This document shows positions 21,155 through 31,185 of a DNA stretch of 64,000 bases, one piece after another (position 1 is the stretch's first letter; each line of letters opens with the position of its first letter). The translations under genes were made by a program, and so were the position numbers. Where the stretch lies: assembly GCA_963848135.1 (NCBI GenBank), contig CAWKCK010000002.1:310001-374000 (forward strand), written 5' to 3'. The DNA is from an uncultured delta proteobacterium (GTDB lineage: Bacteria; Desulfobacterota; Desulfobacteria; Desulfobacterales; SG8-13). The notes under the pieces were generated by a model, which searched no databases, was not told where the DNA came from, and saw only the letters and a program-made list of their open reading frames with translations.

Positions 21155-21658
21155 ATGGATGAAGATAGGACACTGGCGATACTAAAAAACGCCATATTGC
21201 TCGAAAAACGTGGAAAATCCTTTTATACAACGGTTGCCGACCAGACAGACACAGAAACTGTTCGTCGCTTCTTCAAGCAAATGGCCACAGAGGAGGACAG
21301 CCACATCCGCATACTCTCAGATCAGTTCAAATCCTATAACGACACCAAAACGTTCAAATTCACAGCTTTCGACACTGAGCAATCGGACAGTTTTGCCAAG
21401 GACGTTATCAATGCGGCGCTCAAGGAACAGATCGAGGCAGCAGGTTTTGAGGCAGCCGCCATCGGCGCAGCAATGGCCATGGAAAAAAACGCTATAACCC
21501 TTTATTCACGCCGCGCAGAAGAAGCGCAGGATGAAAATGAAAAAGCGCTGTATCGCTGGCTGGCAGATTGGGAAAAATCGCACCTTGAGTTTCTTGCCGC
21601 AATCGATCGGGAGCTCACCGAAAAGGTATGGCACGACAACAATTTCTGGCCTTTTTAA
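21155..21658 (+). CDS. Rubrerythrin/ferritin-like di-iron protein
   Basis: Two E..G..FY / EE..H repeats (EEDSH, WEKSH). AGGAGG RBS. Confidence 0.88.
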   Translation: MDEDRTLAILKNAILLEKRGKSFYTTVADQTDTETVRRFFKQMATEEDSHIRILSDQFKSYNDTKTFKFTAFDTEQSDSFAKDVINAALKEQIEAAGFEAAAIGAAMAMEKNAITLYSRRAEEAQDENEKALYRWLADWEKSHLEFLAAIDRELTEKVWHDNNFWPF

Positions 21659-21710
21659 AGATAAAAACCATCACCTGCAAGCAGGAAACGAAACCTTTTT
21701 ACAAAATCGA

Positions 21711-22154
21711 TCAGCGCAAAATTTCGGCGGTTTCCTCCAGAGGTATCAGCATCACGGCGCAAGGTGCTTTTTCCAGTATCGTCATACCGACATAGTCCAC
21801 CCGGCCCATGTTTAAGTTGCGATGAGAGTGGTGCCCCCCCACCACCATCAGATCAACCGGGATTTCTTTTGCAATTCGGCAGGCTTCCAGGGCCGGGTCA
21901 GCTGGTGAATAAATGATGGAAACCTTCTCCATATCTGCCATTCGCGGGTAAAGGTTCTTTTTGATCTGGAGGTCCACGTTTCTCAGAGCTTCGACCAGTT
22001 TTGGATCGTCGTGATCCAGATCCTTTAAGTGATAATCGAGTGCATGAAACACATGTAATTGGGCATTGTGGGAACGGGCCAATCGCACAGCCCTGTCAAA
22101 GGCAAACCATCCAGCCGGGGAGAACTTCAACGCGATCAGAATTTCTCTGAACAT
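21711..22154 (-). CDS. Universal stress protein
   Basis: MFREILIAL, DLMVVG and ILEKAPCAVMLI. Confidence 0.85.
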   Translation of the reverse strand: MFREILIALKFSPAGWFAFDRAVRLARSHNAQLHVFHALDYHLKDLDHDDPKLVEALRNVDLQIKKNLYPRMADMEKVSIIYSPADPALEACRIAKEIPVDLMVVGGHHSHRNLNMGRVDYVGMTILEKAPCAVMLIPLEETAEILR

Positions 22155-22508
22155 GGCGAACTTCCTCATGGTTAAAAATTCTCATGGATTGCACGGATCT
22201 GCGACCCGCGCCCGTATGAGGGCGCAAGGCAAAACCGGTTCCGACGCAGGGATTAACCAACATATCATTCTAAATGGTAAATTCTACCTTGACTTGGCCA
22301 TTCGAACAATAGGAAGTCCGCTGGTGGCGAGGCCTGGGGCTATCGAACGCGGTGAGCTGAAGCGGCGTGAGTGGAATCAATCAAGGAAAGCCGAACCGCT
22401 GAGAAAGGGTTGAAGGGGCAAGATTTTGTTCGGCGTACCAGTTTGTGACTGGAACCATGAACAACCTGTGTCGGAGGCCGTTCATGGGTCCCAATAATTG
22501 CTAACAGA

Positions 22509-22715
22509 TCAAAGGTTGCCGGAGCGGCCGTCATCACAAGGTTCGCCCATGTCGTCCATACGAGAATGTTCGGCAGTTTCACTCAAATTGCAAGCGGGAA
22601 GTGGTTCAGTCTTTGCCATGGGTTTATTGCAGCACTCCGGGGCTTTTGCATCCGGTCCGCTTTCTTCAACTTTCTTACCACAATTTTCACATTTGTAAAT
22701 TGTCTTGTCTGCCAT
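22509..22715 (-). CDS. Small desulforedoxin-like metal-binding protein
   Basis: YKCENCG...PECCNKPM (CxxC-Xn-CC). AGGAGG RBS before ATG 22715. Confidence 0.72.
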   Translation of the reverse strand: MADKTIYKCENCGKKVEESGPDAKAPECCNKPMAKTEPLPACNLSETAEHSRMDDMGEPCDDGRSGNL

Positions 22716-22842
22716 TAACGCCTCCTTTAAAAACAATATCGTGCTTCGATGTCTGCAGCCTGGGATAGTATGAAAAATTCATTTGCGTGTCAAGTCACTT
22801 ACCGATCAACATCGATATTGCTGCAAGGGGATGAATGGTATC

Positions 22843-23051
22843 ACCCAAGTTGAGCGTTTCATATTTTCGAAATATGAAAATCAACAATAAAATAAGGAAT
22901 TCTACCCATCAGAATTTCGAAAATATAAAACCATACGGGATTTCCAATTTCACCGCATCTACGGCGTCAAATGACGTCCCGCATAGTTCACTATAGCGGA
23001 ACGACATTTTCCTTGTACCTGCGGCAAATTTGAAAATCGCTCAATTTGGGT
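22843..23051 (-). repeat. Repeat family 2, copy b (MITE-like)
   Basis: Terminal inverted repeats ACCCAAgTTGAGCG ... CGCTCAAtTTGGGT (13/14 match). Aligns with 16122-16343. Confidence 0.8.
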
Positions 23052-23052
23052 A

Positions 23053-24297
23053 TCAGTAACTGATGATTCCGACCACAGCTCCGGTCATGCACGTCGCGAG
23101 TGTTCCGGCAACAATGGAGCGAAACCCGAGAGCGACAATTTCGTCCCGCCTTTCCGGTGCCATCGTCCCCAACCCGCCGATCATTATCCCTAAGCTGCCT
23201 GGGTTTGCAAATCCGCACATGGCATAAGTCAGAATCAATTTACTGCGGTCGCTCAATGCGCCTTCGGGCAGACGGCTCATATCCATATAAGCAATAAGCT
23301 CGTTAAGGATAGTCTTTGTGCCCATCAATTCCCCGGCAGTCACGGCTTCTGACCAGGGAATGCCCATCATCCATGTCATCGGCGACATCATAAACCCAAG
23401 GATCCGCTGCAAGGTAATCGTCGCACCGCGCCAATCCGGCAACAGCCCCAATATCAGGTTGATCAGGTGCACCAGACCGACGAGAACCAGCAGCATGGCC
23501 ACGATGTTGATGACGAGTTTCACACCTTGCAGCGTTCCTCTGGTTACGGCATCCATGGCGCCGGAGGCCTCTTCAAACGCTATGATCTGACCCGTTGTCG
23601 GTGCACCGGTTTCAGGCACCATAATTTTAGCCACTGTCATGGCCGCCGGAACACTGATAATTGACGCCGTCAGTATATGCCCCATGACATCGGGTATTGT
23701 GCGGCTTAATAAGTTGGCGTAAAGCACCATAACCGTTCCGGCGATAGTGGCCATCCCGCAGGTCATCAGGGAAAACAACTCGCTGCGGGTCATGTCCCGC
23801 AGGTAGGGACGGACGAGAAGCGGTGCCTCGACCATGCCGACAAAAATATTTGCCGAAACAGCCAAACCTTCGGCGCCACCGACCCCCATAGTCTTCTGAA
23901 GCGCCCATGATAGTCCTCTTACCACCACCGGCAGAATTTTCCAGTAAAACAGCAAGGCGGACAGGGCACTGATGAGCAAAACCAACGGCATCGCACGAAA
24001 CGCCAGTATGAAACCGGCTCCGGGAAACTTTTCGTCAAAGGGAAGTTCGCCGCCACCCAGGTAGCCGAACACAAACGAGGTCCCAGCCAGTGTCGACTCT
24101 TCCAGCGTCATGACTAACCGGTTGAGAAGCAGAAAAAATTCTCGAAATAGCGGCAAGCGAATCAGCAGGAAGCCGATAACGACTTGAAGCGCCAAGCCGA
24201 CCGCGATCGTCCTGAAATGAACGGCCTTACGGTTTTCACTCATCAGCAGAGCGGTAAGCATGAAAACGACGATTCCCACCGCACCATGCAACATCAT
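23053..24297 (-). CDS. NupC/CNT-family nucleoside transporter
   Basis: Motifs ANIFVGMVEAPL, GMATIAG, KTILNEL and YAMCGFAN. Confidence 0.93.
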   Translation of the reverse strand: MMLHGAVGIVVFMLTALLMSENRKAVHFRTIAVGLALQVVIGFLLIRLPLFREFFLLLNRLVMTLEESTLAGTSFVFGYLGGGELPFDEKFPGAGFILAFRAMPLVLLISALSALLFYWKILPVVVRGLSWALQKTMGVGGAEGLAVSANIFVGMVEAPLLVRPYLRDMTRSELFSLMTCGMATIAGTVMVLYANLLSRTIPDVMGHILTASIISVPAAMTVAKIMVPETGAPTTGQIIAFEEASGAMDAVTRGTLQGVKLVINIVAMLLVLVGLVHLINLILGLLPDWRGATITLQRILGFMMSPMTWMMGIPWSEAVTAGELMGTKTILNELIAYMDMSRLPEGALSDRSKLILTYAMCGFANPGSLGIMIGGLGTMAPERRDEIVALGFRSIVAGTLATCMTGAVVGIISY

Positions 24298-24346
24298 CTC
24301 CTCCCACTTTTATCATCACATTCGTCTTATTGTTTTCGAAGATTAT

Positions 24347-24445
24347 TATACCGCTATTTTAAAATAAATTTGGCAATATGGAAGTTTGGCATAAGTGGTT
24401 GGCGAAAAAAACGTTCACATAACGCAACGATTGACAACCATTATA
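24347..24445 (+). repeat. Repeat family 1, copy A
   Basis: TATACCGCTATTTTAAAATAAATT...ATAAGTGGTTGG...ACAACCATTATA. Confidence 0.8.
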
Positions 24446-24613
24446 TGTAAAAACCCGCTGTTTCCATAACAGATGGCCTATGGTCTGTCCATGTGGATTC
24501 GCACTCAATTGACCGTCATCACCGTATTGACAATGAGACCCAGTGCTGGAAAGATGGATCTCATCCATACGAAACAGGCGGCATTCAACACCGATATGCC
24601 GTAAGGTAAAATC

Positions 24614-25438
24614 ATGCAAACGGTGGTGAAAATGATCGGTTGGGCGGTTCTTTTGTACGCCATCTATTGTGCGTTTCTCTTTGCCGTCCAGCGCCAGATG
24701 ATTTTTCCCCGCGGCCTCATCCCGCCCGGCCAGTTTTCACCGTCCGACAATCTCATTATAGAAAAAATCTGGCTCAACACCGCCGACGGCAGCGTCATAG
24801 AGAGTTGGTACCTTCCGCCTGTCTCCACGACCGCGTTAACCCGCTCGCCAGCAGTCATTTTTGCCCATGGTAATGCCGAGTTGATCGATTTTTGTTCAGC
24901 CGAAATGCAACCTTTTGCCGCCCTCGGCATCGGTGTGCTGCTCGTTGAATATCCCGGCTATGGTCGGTCGAGCGGAACCCCGTCCCAAAGAACCATCACT
25001 GACGCCTTAAAAGCTGCCTACGATGAGCTGACAGCCAGGAAAGAGGTCGATCCATCAAAGATAATATTATATGGGCGTTCGCTCGGTGGTGGAGCGGTAT
25101 GTGCTCTCGCCGCTGAAAGACCGGCTGCGGCCATGATACTGACATCGACTTTCATCGGTATCCGCGCCATGGCGGTGAAATACCTTGTTCCCGGATTTCT
25201 GATTAGGGACCCCTTTGACAACTTGACCGCGGTGAAAAACTTCCCCGGACCGCTTCTGATTGTCCACGGCCGCCACGATGAGATTATTCCCTTCCGGCAT
25301 GCCGAGATTCTCCATAACACCGCAAAACGATCCTATTTGGTGACCTACGATTGCGGACACAACGACTGCCCTCCCGATTGGAACATTTTTTGGAAAGATA
25401 TCGAAAATTTCTTACGCGAAGCGGGGATTACCGATTAA
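24614..25438 (+). CDS. Alpha/beta hydrolase (membrane-anchored, ABHD13/17-like)
   Basis: Motifs HGNAE, EYPGYG.S.G.PS, GRSLGG, HG..DE and GHND. Confidence 0.9.
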   Translation: MQTVVKMIGWAVLLYAIYCAFLFAVQRQMIFPRGLIPPGQFSPSDNLIIEKIWLNTADGSVIESWYLPPVSTTALTRSPAVIFAHGNAELIDFCSAEMQPFAALGIGVLLVEYPGYGRSSGTPSQRTITDALKAAYDELTARKEVDPSKIILYGRSLGGGAVCALAAERPAAAMILTSTFIGIRAMAVKYLVPGFLIRDPFDNLTAVKNFPGPLLIVHGRHDEIIPFRHAEILHNTAKRSYLVTYDCGHNDCPPDWNIFWKDIENFLREAGITD

Positions 25439-25982
25439 TTGCCACAAGCGATGCCACCGGGTAAGGCGCATCGCCTGATGCCGTCATTTCCTCCCGGTAA
25501 TAGATGATCTCCAGGTTCAAAAACGCTCTCAGCAACTCATTCACCTCAAGGAGATGATCGCTGCAAAAACTGCGTTGCGGCTTGAATTCCGGTCGCTTGA
25601 GATAGGTTTCGAAAATCAATACACCGCCCGGGATGAGGGCTGCGGTGATTTGGGGAATAAGACGCCGGTTAAGGTACCTGATATTGAGGATCAAGCTGTA
25701 TCGATTCGGGGGGATGTCGTAATGGTCGAAATCGATACAAGCCGCCCGGATACTCGCATGGTAACCGGCCAATTTTTTTAGGCCAACATCCGAGATGTCC
25801 AACGCATCAACTTTAAACCCGTTATCCGCCAGAAAGATTGTATTGCGGCCGTTGCCGGCGGCAATGTCAAGGGATATGCCGCACCTGGCCATGCTTGCAA
25901 AGTTCGCAACAATCTCGGAAGTCTCAATGGGGTAGCGTTCTTGGCTGAATTTGCGATTCCATTTGGCTCTATGGCTTTGCAT
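25428..25982 (-). CDS. Class I SAM-dependent methyltransferase (TehB-like)
   Basis: LDIAAGNGRN, VDALDIS and LIPGGVLIFET. Confidence 0.88.
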   Translation of the reverse strand: MQSHRAKWNRKFSQERYPIETSEIVANFASMARCGISLDIAAGNGRNTIFLADNGFKVDALDISDVGLKKLAGYHASIRAACIDFDHYDIPPNRYSLILNIRYLNRRLIPQITAALIPGGVLIFETYLKRPEFKPQRSFCSDHLLEVNELLRAFLNLEIIYYREEMTASGDAPYPVASLVAINR

Positions 25983-26131
25983 ATCATCCTACCCACAGAA
26001 TATGCCCATCTGAAACACGGTTTCAATTTTAAGTGTCGTGCTACCGGCTTATTGGGCGCCAAGGCAACGATGTCCTTTCATATTGGTTATCAAATGGGCC
26101 AGGACATCTTCGCTGCCACCAGATATGCTCA

Positions 26132-26602
26132 TCAATCGCCCCCTGGGACCGTCGATCCGAATCCAAATTCACGTCGCAAAAGCGAAACCGTTTTCGCGTT
26201 GACCGCAAGCTGCTGCACCTCTTCCGGACCCACCCAACGGGCCTCTGTGGCATCGTCACCAGCACAAATTTCGCCGGCGATATAGTCGGCGATGAGATCG
26301 ACAATAACGTAGTGGAAGCGAATGTTTCCGTTGCTGGCCTTTTCAAGCAGGTCAAAGGTGTAAATCGGGTGTCTGGCGCGTATGATGATGCCGGTCTCTT
26401 CAAGGATTTCACGTTCGGCGGCCGCCTGCAAGGTTTCTCCGAGGTCGACCTTGCCACCGGGAATGGCCCATAAGTTCTGGGCGGGCGGTTGGCCGCGACG
26501 TACCAGAAGAACGCGGTCGTCCTTGAATACCACGGCACCGACGGCAACGCAGGGTCTATTGGGGTATGGTTCTGCCAGCGGATCGTCAGAAAATTCTTTC
26601 AT
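26132..26602 (-). CDS. NUDIX hydrolase
   Basis: Nudix box GGKVDLGETLQAAAEREILEETG. Confidence 0.93.
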   Translation of the reverse strand: MKEFSDDPLAEPYPNRPCVAVGAVVFKDDRVLLVRRGQPPAQNLWAIPGGKVDLGETLQAAAEREILEETGIIIRARHPIYTFDLLEKASNGNIRFHYVIVDLIADYIAGEICAGDDATEARWVGPEEVQQLAVNAKTVSLLRREFGFGSTVPGGD

Positions 26603-26612
26603 ACGGCTTTCA

Positions 26613-26710
26613 TATAGTGGTGGTCAAAAAAGCGTTCTGTTATTCAAACGTATCTTCTACAAACGCTGATACCACCCTATCGTGTTTCGGATTTTTTCAA
26701 ACGCGGTATA
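26613..26710 (-). repeat. Repeat family 1, copy B
   Basis: Minus strand TATACCGCGTTTGAAAAAATCCGAAACACG...GGTATCAG...ACCACCACTATA. Confidence 0.8.
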
Positions 26711-26726
26711 AATGAAGCGCTGGGCC

Positions 26727-27854
26727 TCAACGATTGTAAATGATGCGATAAATGGCACCGGCACGATCGTCCGATACCAGCAAGGCGCCGTCCGCCATGA
26801 CCAGAATATCGACCGGTCGTCCCCAGGCTTTGCGCCCCTGCAACCAACCTTCAGCGAAAACTTCGTAGCCCACGGCCCGGTCGTTGTTCAGTTGAACCCT
26901 TGTAATGCGATAGCCAATTGGAATGCTTCGGTTCCAAGATCCATGTTCGGCAATGAAAATGTTACCCTGATAGGTTGTTGGGAACATTTTGCCAACGTAA
27001 AATTTCATTCCCAAAGCGGCCACATGCGGACCAAGTGCAATCATTGGTGGTTCGAAATCAGTACAGTTGAATTTGTTTCCGAATTCGGGATCCGGCAAGT
27101 ATCCGGCATGGCAGTATGGAAAACCGAAGTGCAGTCCCTTTGTTTGTGCCCGGTTCAGAGTGTCAGGCGGTAATTCATCACCGAGCCAGTCCCGCCCGTT
27201 GTCTGTAAACCATAGTTGCCGTTTTTTCGGATGCCAATCAAAACCGACGGTATTACGGACACCGTATGCGAAGACTTCAAGATCCCTGCCATCCGGCAAC
27301 ATTCTCATGATGGTGGCATAACGATTGTCGGCTCTCTCGCAGACATTGCAGGGAGCTCCTACAGGTACGTAGAGGTGGTTGTCGGGCCCAAAGGCAATAT
27401 ACTTCCATCCGTGATGGGTATCATTCGGAAACCCGCTGTTAACCACGACCGGTGGGAGAGGATCTTCAAGATGGGTTTCGATGTTGTCGAATCGCAGGAT
27501 ACGGCTAATTTCGGCCACGTACAGGGCGCCGTCTCGAAAGGCGACACCATTGGGGGAGTTAAGTCCTGTGGCAATCACCGCAACAGCGTCGGCAACATTA
27601 TCTTTGTTGTGGTCAATTACCGCGTATACTTTCCCCTCCCGGCGTGTTCCGACGAAAACAACGCCGGTGGGTCCGAGAGCAAGTGAACGCGCACCGGGAA
27701 CGCTATCGGTGTAAAGTAGGATCCGGAAGCCCTGAGGCAGCTTGATAGCGTCGAGACGCTGGGTCTCGGATCGGCAGGTGTTTCCGGCGGTTCCGATCAG
27801 CACAGTGACCAGAAGAAGGAAGCGAAGGATCTTCCGGAAACGTTGCATGGGCAT
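26727..27854 (-). CDS. Glucose/sorbosone dehydrogenase family (PQQ-dependent sugar dehydrogenase), exported
   Basis: Motifs HHGWK.IAFGPD..LYVPVGAPCN, GVRNTVGFDW and HGSWNR. Confidence 0.9.
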   Translation of the reverse strand: MPMQRFRKILRFLLLVTVLIGTAGNTCRSETQRLDAIKLPQGFRILLYTDSVPGARSLALGPTGVVFVGTRREGKVYAVIDHNKDNVADAVAVIATGLNSPNGVAFRDGALYVAEISRILRFDNIETHLEDPLPPVVVNSGFPNDTHHGWKYIAFGPDNHLYVPVGAPCNVCERADNRYATIMRMLPDGRDLEVFAYGVRNTVGFDWHPKKRQLWFTDNGRDWLGDELPPDTLNRAQTKGLHFGFPYCHAGYLPDPEFGNKFNCTDFEPPMIALGPHVAALGMKFYVGKMFPTTYQGNIFIAEHGSWNRSIPIGYRITRVQLNNDRAVGYEVFAEGWLQGRKAWGRPVDILVMADGALLVSDDRAGAIYRIIYNR

Positions 27855-28095
27855 TCCTTTATTGAGATACTATGGGCGACTCCAGCTGATAGTAGATCTT
27901 TAGAACAGCGTCGTCAAGCCAGGCGGAAGAGAGACGATAGCTTGACATAACCTCCGGCTGAAAGTAATCTTTAATTTTCGCTGATCGCGTTTGCATGCGG
28001 TTATAGGAATCGGGTGCAGAGATTGAACCGCTCGGGATACTGACCGACAGAATCGCGTTCGTCCGCGAATCGTAAATGGCCTGTTCGGGTAACTA

Positions 28096-29250
28096 ATGAG
28101 GGAATCGTTGAAGGTACGCTCCAAACTTCCCCAGGTCGGTGTAACGATTTTTACACGCATGACTCAGCTTGCAAATCAGCACGGGGCTCACAATCTATCT
28201 CAGGGTTTCCCGGAATTCGATGTGCCTCCCGGTTTAATGGACTTTGTGGAGAAACACATGCGGGCCGGTAACAACCAATACGCACCGATGCAGGGTGTTT
28301 CCACTTTGCGCGAACAGATTGCGATCAAGGTCAGCGAATTATATGGCGCCGGTGTTGACCCCGAAACCGAGGTCACCGTCACCTCCGGCGCGACGGAAGC
28401 GCTGTATGCCGCCATATCGGCCGTGGTGCACCCGGGTGATACGGTGATCGTTATAGAACCGGCTTATGATGCATACCTTCCCATCATCCAGTTGAACGGT
28501 GGACGACCGATCTGCCATGAAATGAAATATCCCAATTATCGCATCGACTGGGATGCCGTGGCAGATGCGGTTTCTCGCAACGCGCGATTGATTATTCTCA
28601 ATTCCCCGCACAATCCAACCGGCACCGTCTTATCCGCTGACGACCTGGCAACCCTGCGGGAAGTCGTCCGAAATACGGACACCCTAATCATCAGTGACGA
28701 AGTTTACGAACACATCATATTCGACGACCAGCCCCACCAGAGCCTGCTGAGAGATCCGGAACTTGCCGATCGCAGCTTCGTTATCAGCTCCTTTGGAAAA
28801 ACCTACCATGCCACGGGTTGGAAAATCGGTTATTGCATCGCACCGGCGTATCTCACGCAGGAACTGCGCCGTATCCATCAGTTTCTTACCTTTTCATCTC
28901 CCACGCCAATGCAGTTTGCATTTGCCGATTTTTTAAAGCAAAAAGAAGTCTACCGCGATTTACCGTTATTTTACCAGAATAAACGCGATACCTTTCTGGC
29001 GCTTATAGAGAATACGCGTTTCAAACCGTTACCTTGCCGGGGGACGTATTTTCAATTACTCGACTATTCCGCCATCTCAGATATGCCAGACACCCAGTTC
29101 GCCGAGCACCTGACTGTTGAACGTGGAGTTGCCGCGATTCCGATCTCGTCTTTTTACCAGAGAAACACAGACAACAAGGTCCTTCGGTTCTGTTTCGCTA
29201 AAAATGATAACACTTTGAAAAAGGCTGCCGAAATCTTATGCAAGATCTGA
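28096..29250 (+). CDS. Methionine/glutamine aminotransferase, class I/II (YbdL-like)
   Basis: SKLPQVGVTIF, NLSQGFP, NSPHNPTG, SDEVYEH and SFGKTYH.TGWK. The true start may be TTG 28108. Confidence 0.9.
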   Translation: MRESLKVRSKLPQVGVTIFTRMTQLANQHGAHNLSQGFPEFDVPPGLMDFVEKHMRAGNNQYAPMQGVSTLREQIAIKVSELYGAGVDPETEVTVTSGATEALYAAISAVVHPGDTVIVIEPAYDAYLPIIQLNGGRPICHEMKYPNYRIDWDAVADAVSRNARLIILNSPHNPTGTVLSADDLATLREVVRNTDTLIISDEVYEHIIFDDQPHQSLLRDPELADRSFVISSFGKTYHATGWKIGYCIAPAYLTQELRRIHQFLTFSSPTPMQFAFADFLKQKEVYRDLPLFYQNKRDTFLALIENTRFKPLPCRGTYFQLLDYSAISDMPDTQFAEHLTVERGVAAIPISSFYQRNTDNKVLRFCFAKNDNTLKKAAEILCKI

Positions 29251-30014
29251 CCGTAACCCTGATACAAACAGCGCTCGATTGGGAAAACGTCGATGCCAAT
29301 CTTCGTCGTTTTGACAACCTCCTTTCGGGGTTGAAAGATACGACCGACCTTATTGTGCTACCGGAAATGTTTAGCACGGGTTTCAGCATGAACGCCGCGT
29401 CACTGGCGCAGGACATGCAAGGGACGGCTGTCGACTGGCTCCGGCAAACTGCCCGTCGATTTCAGGCTGTCGTTACAGGAAGCATCATTATTGTCGAAAA
29501 TGGAAAGTACTACAACCGATTGTGCTGGACCGACCCGGACGGGGGGCTGCAAACTTATGACAAAAAACACCTCTTTCGATACGCCGGAGAAGAAAAGGTG
29601 TATACTGCCGGGGACTCTCGACTGCTGGTTGAAATCAAAGGCTGGCGGATTAGGCCCTTCATCTGTTATGATTTAAGATTTCCGGCCTGGAACCGCAATA
29701 CGGACAACGAATACGATCTGGCGTTCTACATCGCCAACTGGCCCGAAAAACGGTCCGAACACTGGAAAATACTTTTACAGGCGCGGGCCATCGAAAATCA
29801 GGTGTATGTCGTGGGCGTCAACCGAATCGGTTCGGATGGCCATGGCTTTTACCATAGCGGCGACTCCTCGGTGATCGATCCGCAGGGAAAAATACTCTTT
29901 CGCAACGCCCATGCCCCCTGCCTTTATTCGGCACAGCTCGACGGCAGCTTGATAAACGATTACCGCCGGTCATTCCCGGCCTGGATGGATGCCGATCAGT
30001 TGGTTTTGCGATAA
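29238..30014 (+). CDS. Omega-amidase (YafV-like nitrilase family)
   Basis: E-K-C triad in LPEMF, YDKKHLF and ICYDLRFP. Overlaps the YbdL-like gene. Confidence 0.9.
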   Translation: MQDLTVTLIQTALDWENVDANLRRFDNLLSGLKDTTDLIVLPEMFSTGFSMNAASLAQDMQGTAVDWLRQTARRFQAVVTGSIIIVENGKYYNRLCWTDPDGGLQTYDKKHLFRYAGEEKVYTAGDSRLLVEIKGWRIRPFICYDLRFPAWNRNTDNEYDLAFYIANWPEKRSEHWKILLQARAIENQVYVVGVNRIGSDGHGFYHSGDSSVIDPQGKILFRNAHAPCLYSAQLDGSLINDYRRSFPAWMDADQLVLR

Positions 30015-30907
30015 ACGGTTGTTTCCGGGTGAAAGGCCTGCCAGGCAAACCAGTAAGCAAAAAGATGCGGCAACGGAAGGCCCTTTTCATCGAAGACCCC
30101 CACAACCTGCCCGGATGGATCTATTTCGATTCGTATTGCTACACCCCCTAAATTATCTCTCAGGTTTTCTGCAGCAGCCTCAAGCGTGCTCAAAGAATAG
30201 GCTCTTGACTTTCCGTTGATTTCCAGACCGAGAATTCTGGTTTTTATCGGCAGGTCTTTGCGCACACGTCCGACCGGAAACATCACTGCCCCGATCTGGT
30301 AGTAACCGCTATAGGGGTCGACACTGTAATCTCTCTCGTAACCGGTCGTGGTCGAGAGCACGTCGGTGTCGGGATACCGCCGTTTCCAGGTGTCCCACCG
30401 CATCCGATGTGAGGAAATTTTTACCAGGGCAGCGCCGGACATGGGCCCGGCAACAGCTTTTTCCAACAGTTGCGACCAGAGGCTTTCGGACTGGTGATCA
30501 TAAATCAAAACATTGCTTTTATAAAGCCTTCCCGAGACGCCAAAAGTGAGCAGTTTGCTTGATATGTTGCGGGAATACACGATGCCCGATTGCGTCAACG
30601 GTCAAAAGGTCACGACCAGAGGTGTGCCATCCAAAGTGTCATTGACAACCTCATGCCAATTTAAGATCCGAATAGGATAGGCACGGGCAAAGGCCCCGAT
30701 GACAACACCGATAACCGGATCATTATCCATTAAAAAATCGGCTTTATCTGGTGTGACGAACTTCGGATTCAAAATTGCCGGAATTCCGTCTTTTGGCGGA
30801 CCACCGGAAAGAATTTCCTCTTTCGGCACTAAGGCGTTATCGAGGCTGAATCCTACCAGAAAACATCCCGTCAGCAGCACAACTGTCAACGTAGCAATCT
30901 TACCCAT
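29996..30907 (-). CDS. DUF3179-family protein with in-frame TGA (probable selenocysteine)
   Basis: Track ORFs 30602-30925 and 29996-30598 are in the same frame, separated only by TGA-CCG. Motifs SGGPPKDGIPAI, WHEVVND, VTF(U)PLT, GVSGRLY.SN...YD..SESLWSQ and YWFAW.AFHP. Confidence 0.85.
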
Positions 30908-30999
30908 ATTTATTTCCTCCTGCATTTATTAGGATACTCAAAGCTTTGTCGTGCAGCTGTCACGATCCTTGCACTGGATATCTCCAAACCTGAAATATG

Positions 31000-31033
31000 A
31001 AAGCCGGGCGTATAACACAGCCCGGCTTTTTTT
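31000..31033. terminator. Rho-independent terminator-like hairpin
   Basis: AAAGCCGGGC-gtataacaca-GCCCGGCTTT followed by a T run. Confidence 0.65.
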
Positions 31034-31044
31034 ATTCCAGATTT

Positions 31045-31147
31045 TATACCGCTATTCAAAAATAAATTCCGAAATACGGAAGGGAGGTATAAGTGGTTGT
31101 AGAAAAAAATGTTCGAACAACGGAACGTTTTTTTAACAACCACTATA
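31045..31147 (+). repeat. Repeat family 1, copy C (best preserved)
   Basis: TATACC...GGTATA-AGTGGTTGT...ACAACCACT-ATA, two adjacent hairpins. Confidence 0.85.
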
Positions 31148-31185
31148 AAAAGACCAGATGATGTGATTCAACCAGAGGGATTGTT

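Noticed and set aside
22857..22879. Palindrome TTTCATATTT-tcg-AAATATGAAA as a transcription-factor operator
   Set aside because: It lies inside repeat family 2 copy b and is explained by that element's internal symmetry.
27860..28095. Possible SAM riboswitch upstream of the methionine aminotransferase
   Set aside because: No SAM-I core (ATC..GAG / GCAACC / GAT) could be identified.
29996..30925. DUF3179 as two genes or a nonsense pseudogene
   Set aside because: The TGA sits at the expected Cys position, the frame is preserved and a SECIS-like hairpin follows.
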